A DNA stretch of 64,000 nucleotides from Botryllus schlosseri (Eukaryota): NCBI GenBank assembly GCA_051294905.1, contig CM119378.1, positions 19,406,001-19,470,000 of the forward strand, given 5' to 3'. This document shows positions 61,583 through 64,000 of this stretch, one piece after another. A program made the position numbers and the translations under genes. How positions within the stretch are numbered: the stretch's first letter is position 1; every line of letters begins with the position of its first letter. Below the pieces are notes generated by a model that had not been told where the DNA came from, did not search any database, and saw nothing but the letters and a program-made list of their open reading frames with translations.

Positions 61583-62190
61583 CTGAAACAAAATCACATG
61601 TTATGTCAGTCTTGATCGACTGTGACAAAAATCTCCAGAAACGTAGCCAAAAATTACAGTTGGTCAGTAGGGCAGGCGGCTGGTCACTCTGCAATTCAAC
61701 TACTTGAATTAGGATTGGGTATGATTACAGACGTTTTCGTTATTTAACCAACAAAAATTGTCATAGCGATGCTTTTTTCCCACTGTGAAATCCCTGGAGA
61801 TCCCAATCGGAACCTTCGAAAATTGAAAACTTGTAGTACGCTACGGCACATGGATACGCGTTAGGGCTGCTCTAAAATAACTTTTTCTGGATTGAGAACT
61901 CCATACATAGGGCGCAACCAGCCGAGCTAGTTGTGCAGACGTTAACCATGCTCATGCTTATGATGATGAACTCTGATTTAATATGACCTGAACTTGAATT
62001 TTGCTGAACATCTTTCTCATTCGGAATTTCATTCAATTGCCAAGTTTTGCGCATTCGGCAATTTTAATTATAATCCAATTTCGGAAAAACAGTGTAGCTC
62101 TAATTCTAATCTAATTTGAGAAAGCTGAAAATTTTCTAGTTATACGAGTCTGCTCAGATGCTCGATTTTGCCACCCCTAGTGGTCAGTAC

Positions 62191-62753
62191 CAGGGTTGTA
62201 ATAACTCGACTAGAGTCACGATTTCCTGATGACTCGACTTGAACCGAGTTATTTTCCCTAAATACGGAAATAACTCGACTCGAGTCAATCCGTGTATTGA
62301 CTCGACTTGGACTTGAGTCATTGCGCATGACTCGAACAAGTCATATGACCCGAGACTCAAACGACAAAGACCGACATTTTATTGTAATTTCGAAATGAAG
62401 TAAAGTAACCACACTATTGGGATTTTGTCTATTGGTACTGGTACTTGAAAATGCGACCAAAAACTGCTAAAAATGAGCAAAAAAATAGCATATTATAGAT
62501 GCGAAGTATTTGATATCACCAAACATAGTTAGAAAAGGTGGGTTTACCAGACTTTACCTGCATACTGAGCAGTCAACACAATGACTTAGACTCGAATCAT
62601 AATACCATGACTCGGACTCGACCCTCTGCTCGATGACTTGGACTAGGACTTGACTCGATGGTGAAATGAAAATGACTCGACTTGACTCGAGTCAAAACTA
62701 TGAAAGTGAGATCGACTTGTGACTCGGAGCCATGTGACTTGGTTACAACCCTG
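62191..62753. mobile_element. hAT-type MITE family 1, copy 4 (reverse orientation)
   Basis: TIRs cagggttgtaa/ttacaaccctg; perfect TSD gtcagtac. Confidence 0.92.
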
Positions 62754-64000
62754 GTCAGTACTAATTTAGAGTACTAAAGACGATGTTACGTTTCAATACT
62801 ACTTCCAGTTCTATTTAGGCAGATTTTTTAATCACATCCTATTGTGAAGCATGAGCTAACTAGTCCATGTCCCACCTACCTTCTAGTTAAATACAAATCA
62901 TGCTCACATATTACTCTGTACTACAGAGCGAGAGATAGACTCGCCGGTACCGAAATCCATAATAATAATAGTTACTGAACTTGAAAATGTATACAGTACA
63001 GAGAGTTTCAAGTGATGGTTGAATGTACACACTTTCCACTGATTTTTGTGCGGCCACTCGACTGTAACTGGAAGAATTATCACACCATTTCACAGCCAAA
63101 GCGTTTTCGACTGGTAAATCGGATCATAGCAAAGTTAAATGACCGACTATGCTGGATTAAAAGTTTCAACAAATGACTTCGCATAATCATCGCACGAAAC
63201 CTTATCAAACTTGAGCTAAAGTACAGTTGTTGTAATCAAATCATCAACAGCACATAGCATGGGTTACCTTGAGAGGGGTGTCATCTTTAACGTGATGGTT
63301 CTTTCCACTACTTTCTAAGGTTCCGCTGTTATTTTGTTGTTTCACATAGGAGAATCTAAGTTTGATGTCGGTGTTTCGAAACTGGATCAAAGAACTGAAA
63401 AGGAATGAATTGTATTAAAACAGGATTATGCAGAATCACCGGGACTTGTTAAGTATTGAGAGGAAAGTGGTTTAGCAAGTCGCTAAAACAAAGACAAAGT
63501 TGCATTTAATTTCGACAAGAGTTCGAGTAAAAAGTTGTGTTTATGCTGGGATCAGCATATTAGGGTGGAGTGAAAATAACTCTTTAAAATCGAAAAAAAG
63601 TTTTTTTTTAATCCCGACAAATGACCTAAACAAGGGCCCGCCAACCCGTGGCCCCCGAGGTAATTTCAGAAATTAGTAATATTATCAAAAAGGGATTGCC
63701 CAGATTGGTAACTTGCATGCCCAACCAAAAATTTGATTAGTCTGGCCGCAGCACTTGGGCTGCGACGAATAAAATATCAGTTCCGACGCATCGGCAGATC
63801 CATGGGCCAGTCGAATTTGGTAGATCTTCCGTACATTACAGAATATTTGCGGTAGATTTATTCCAAGTAAATTTTTTTTCACGCTTCACGCAATATGTTG
63901 TCGCTCGCTTGCTTTTAATATTGCTACCCCATTCTGAAAATGAAAGAATGCCTAATGTACCATATCAAGTCTAATGATGATCGCGATTATGAGAGAAAGT

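Noticed and set aside
62970-63115. Open minus-strand stretch ENALAVKWCDNSS.. after a possible acceptor.
   Set aside because: Weak donor and no recognisable homology; insufficient support.

Overview
This is AT-rich eukaryotic (animal-like) DNA dominated by nested, mostly decayed transposons. These include hAT autonomous relics, several non-autonomous hAT/MITE families with 8-bp TSDs, pogo/Tigger-type DDE_1 elements, Gypsy LTR remnants, L1/Tx1-type LINE fragments and one tRNA-derived SINE. Two spliced host genes, neither visible as a long ORF, were reconstructed by hand from GT-AG sites and exon phases. (1) A plus-strand single-pass membrane protein with a Tyr-motif cytoplasmic tail (exons 1700-1838, 3052-3229, 3843-4334). 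(2) A minus-strand gene I interpret as centromere protein C (CENP-C). Its terminal exon (39634-39819) encodes a Mif2/CENP-C-type cupin. A cassette of small exons carrying a non-canonical CENP-C-like motif (VRRSSRIRLP) occurs twice in tandem: an intact copy at 44172-49508 and a partly decayed copy at 52680-54867. A third, inverted orphan fragment lies at 26956-27130. All homology calls are by eye and from memory of family motifs; no database search was run. Approximate boundaries are flagged.
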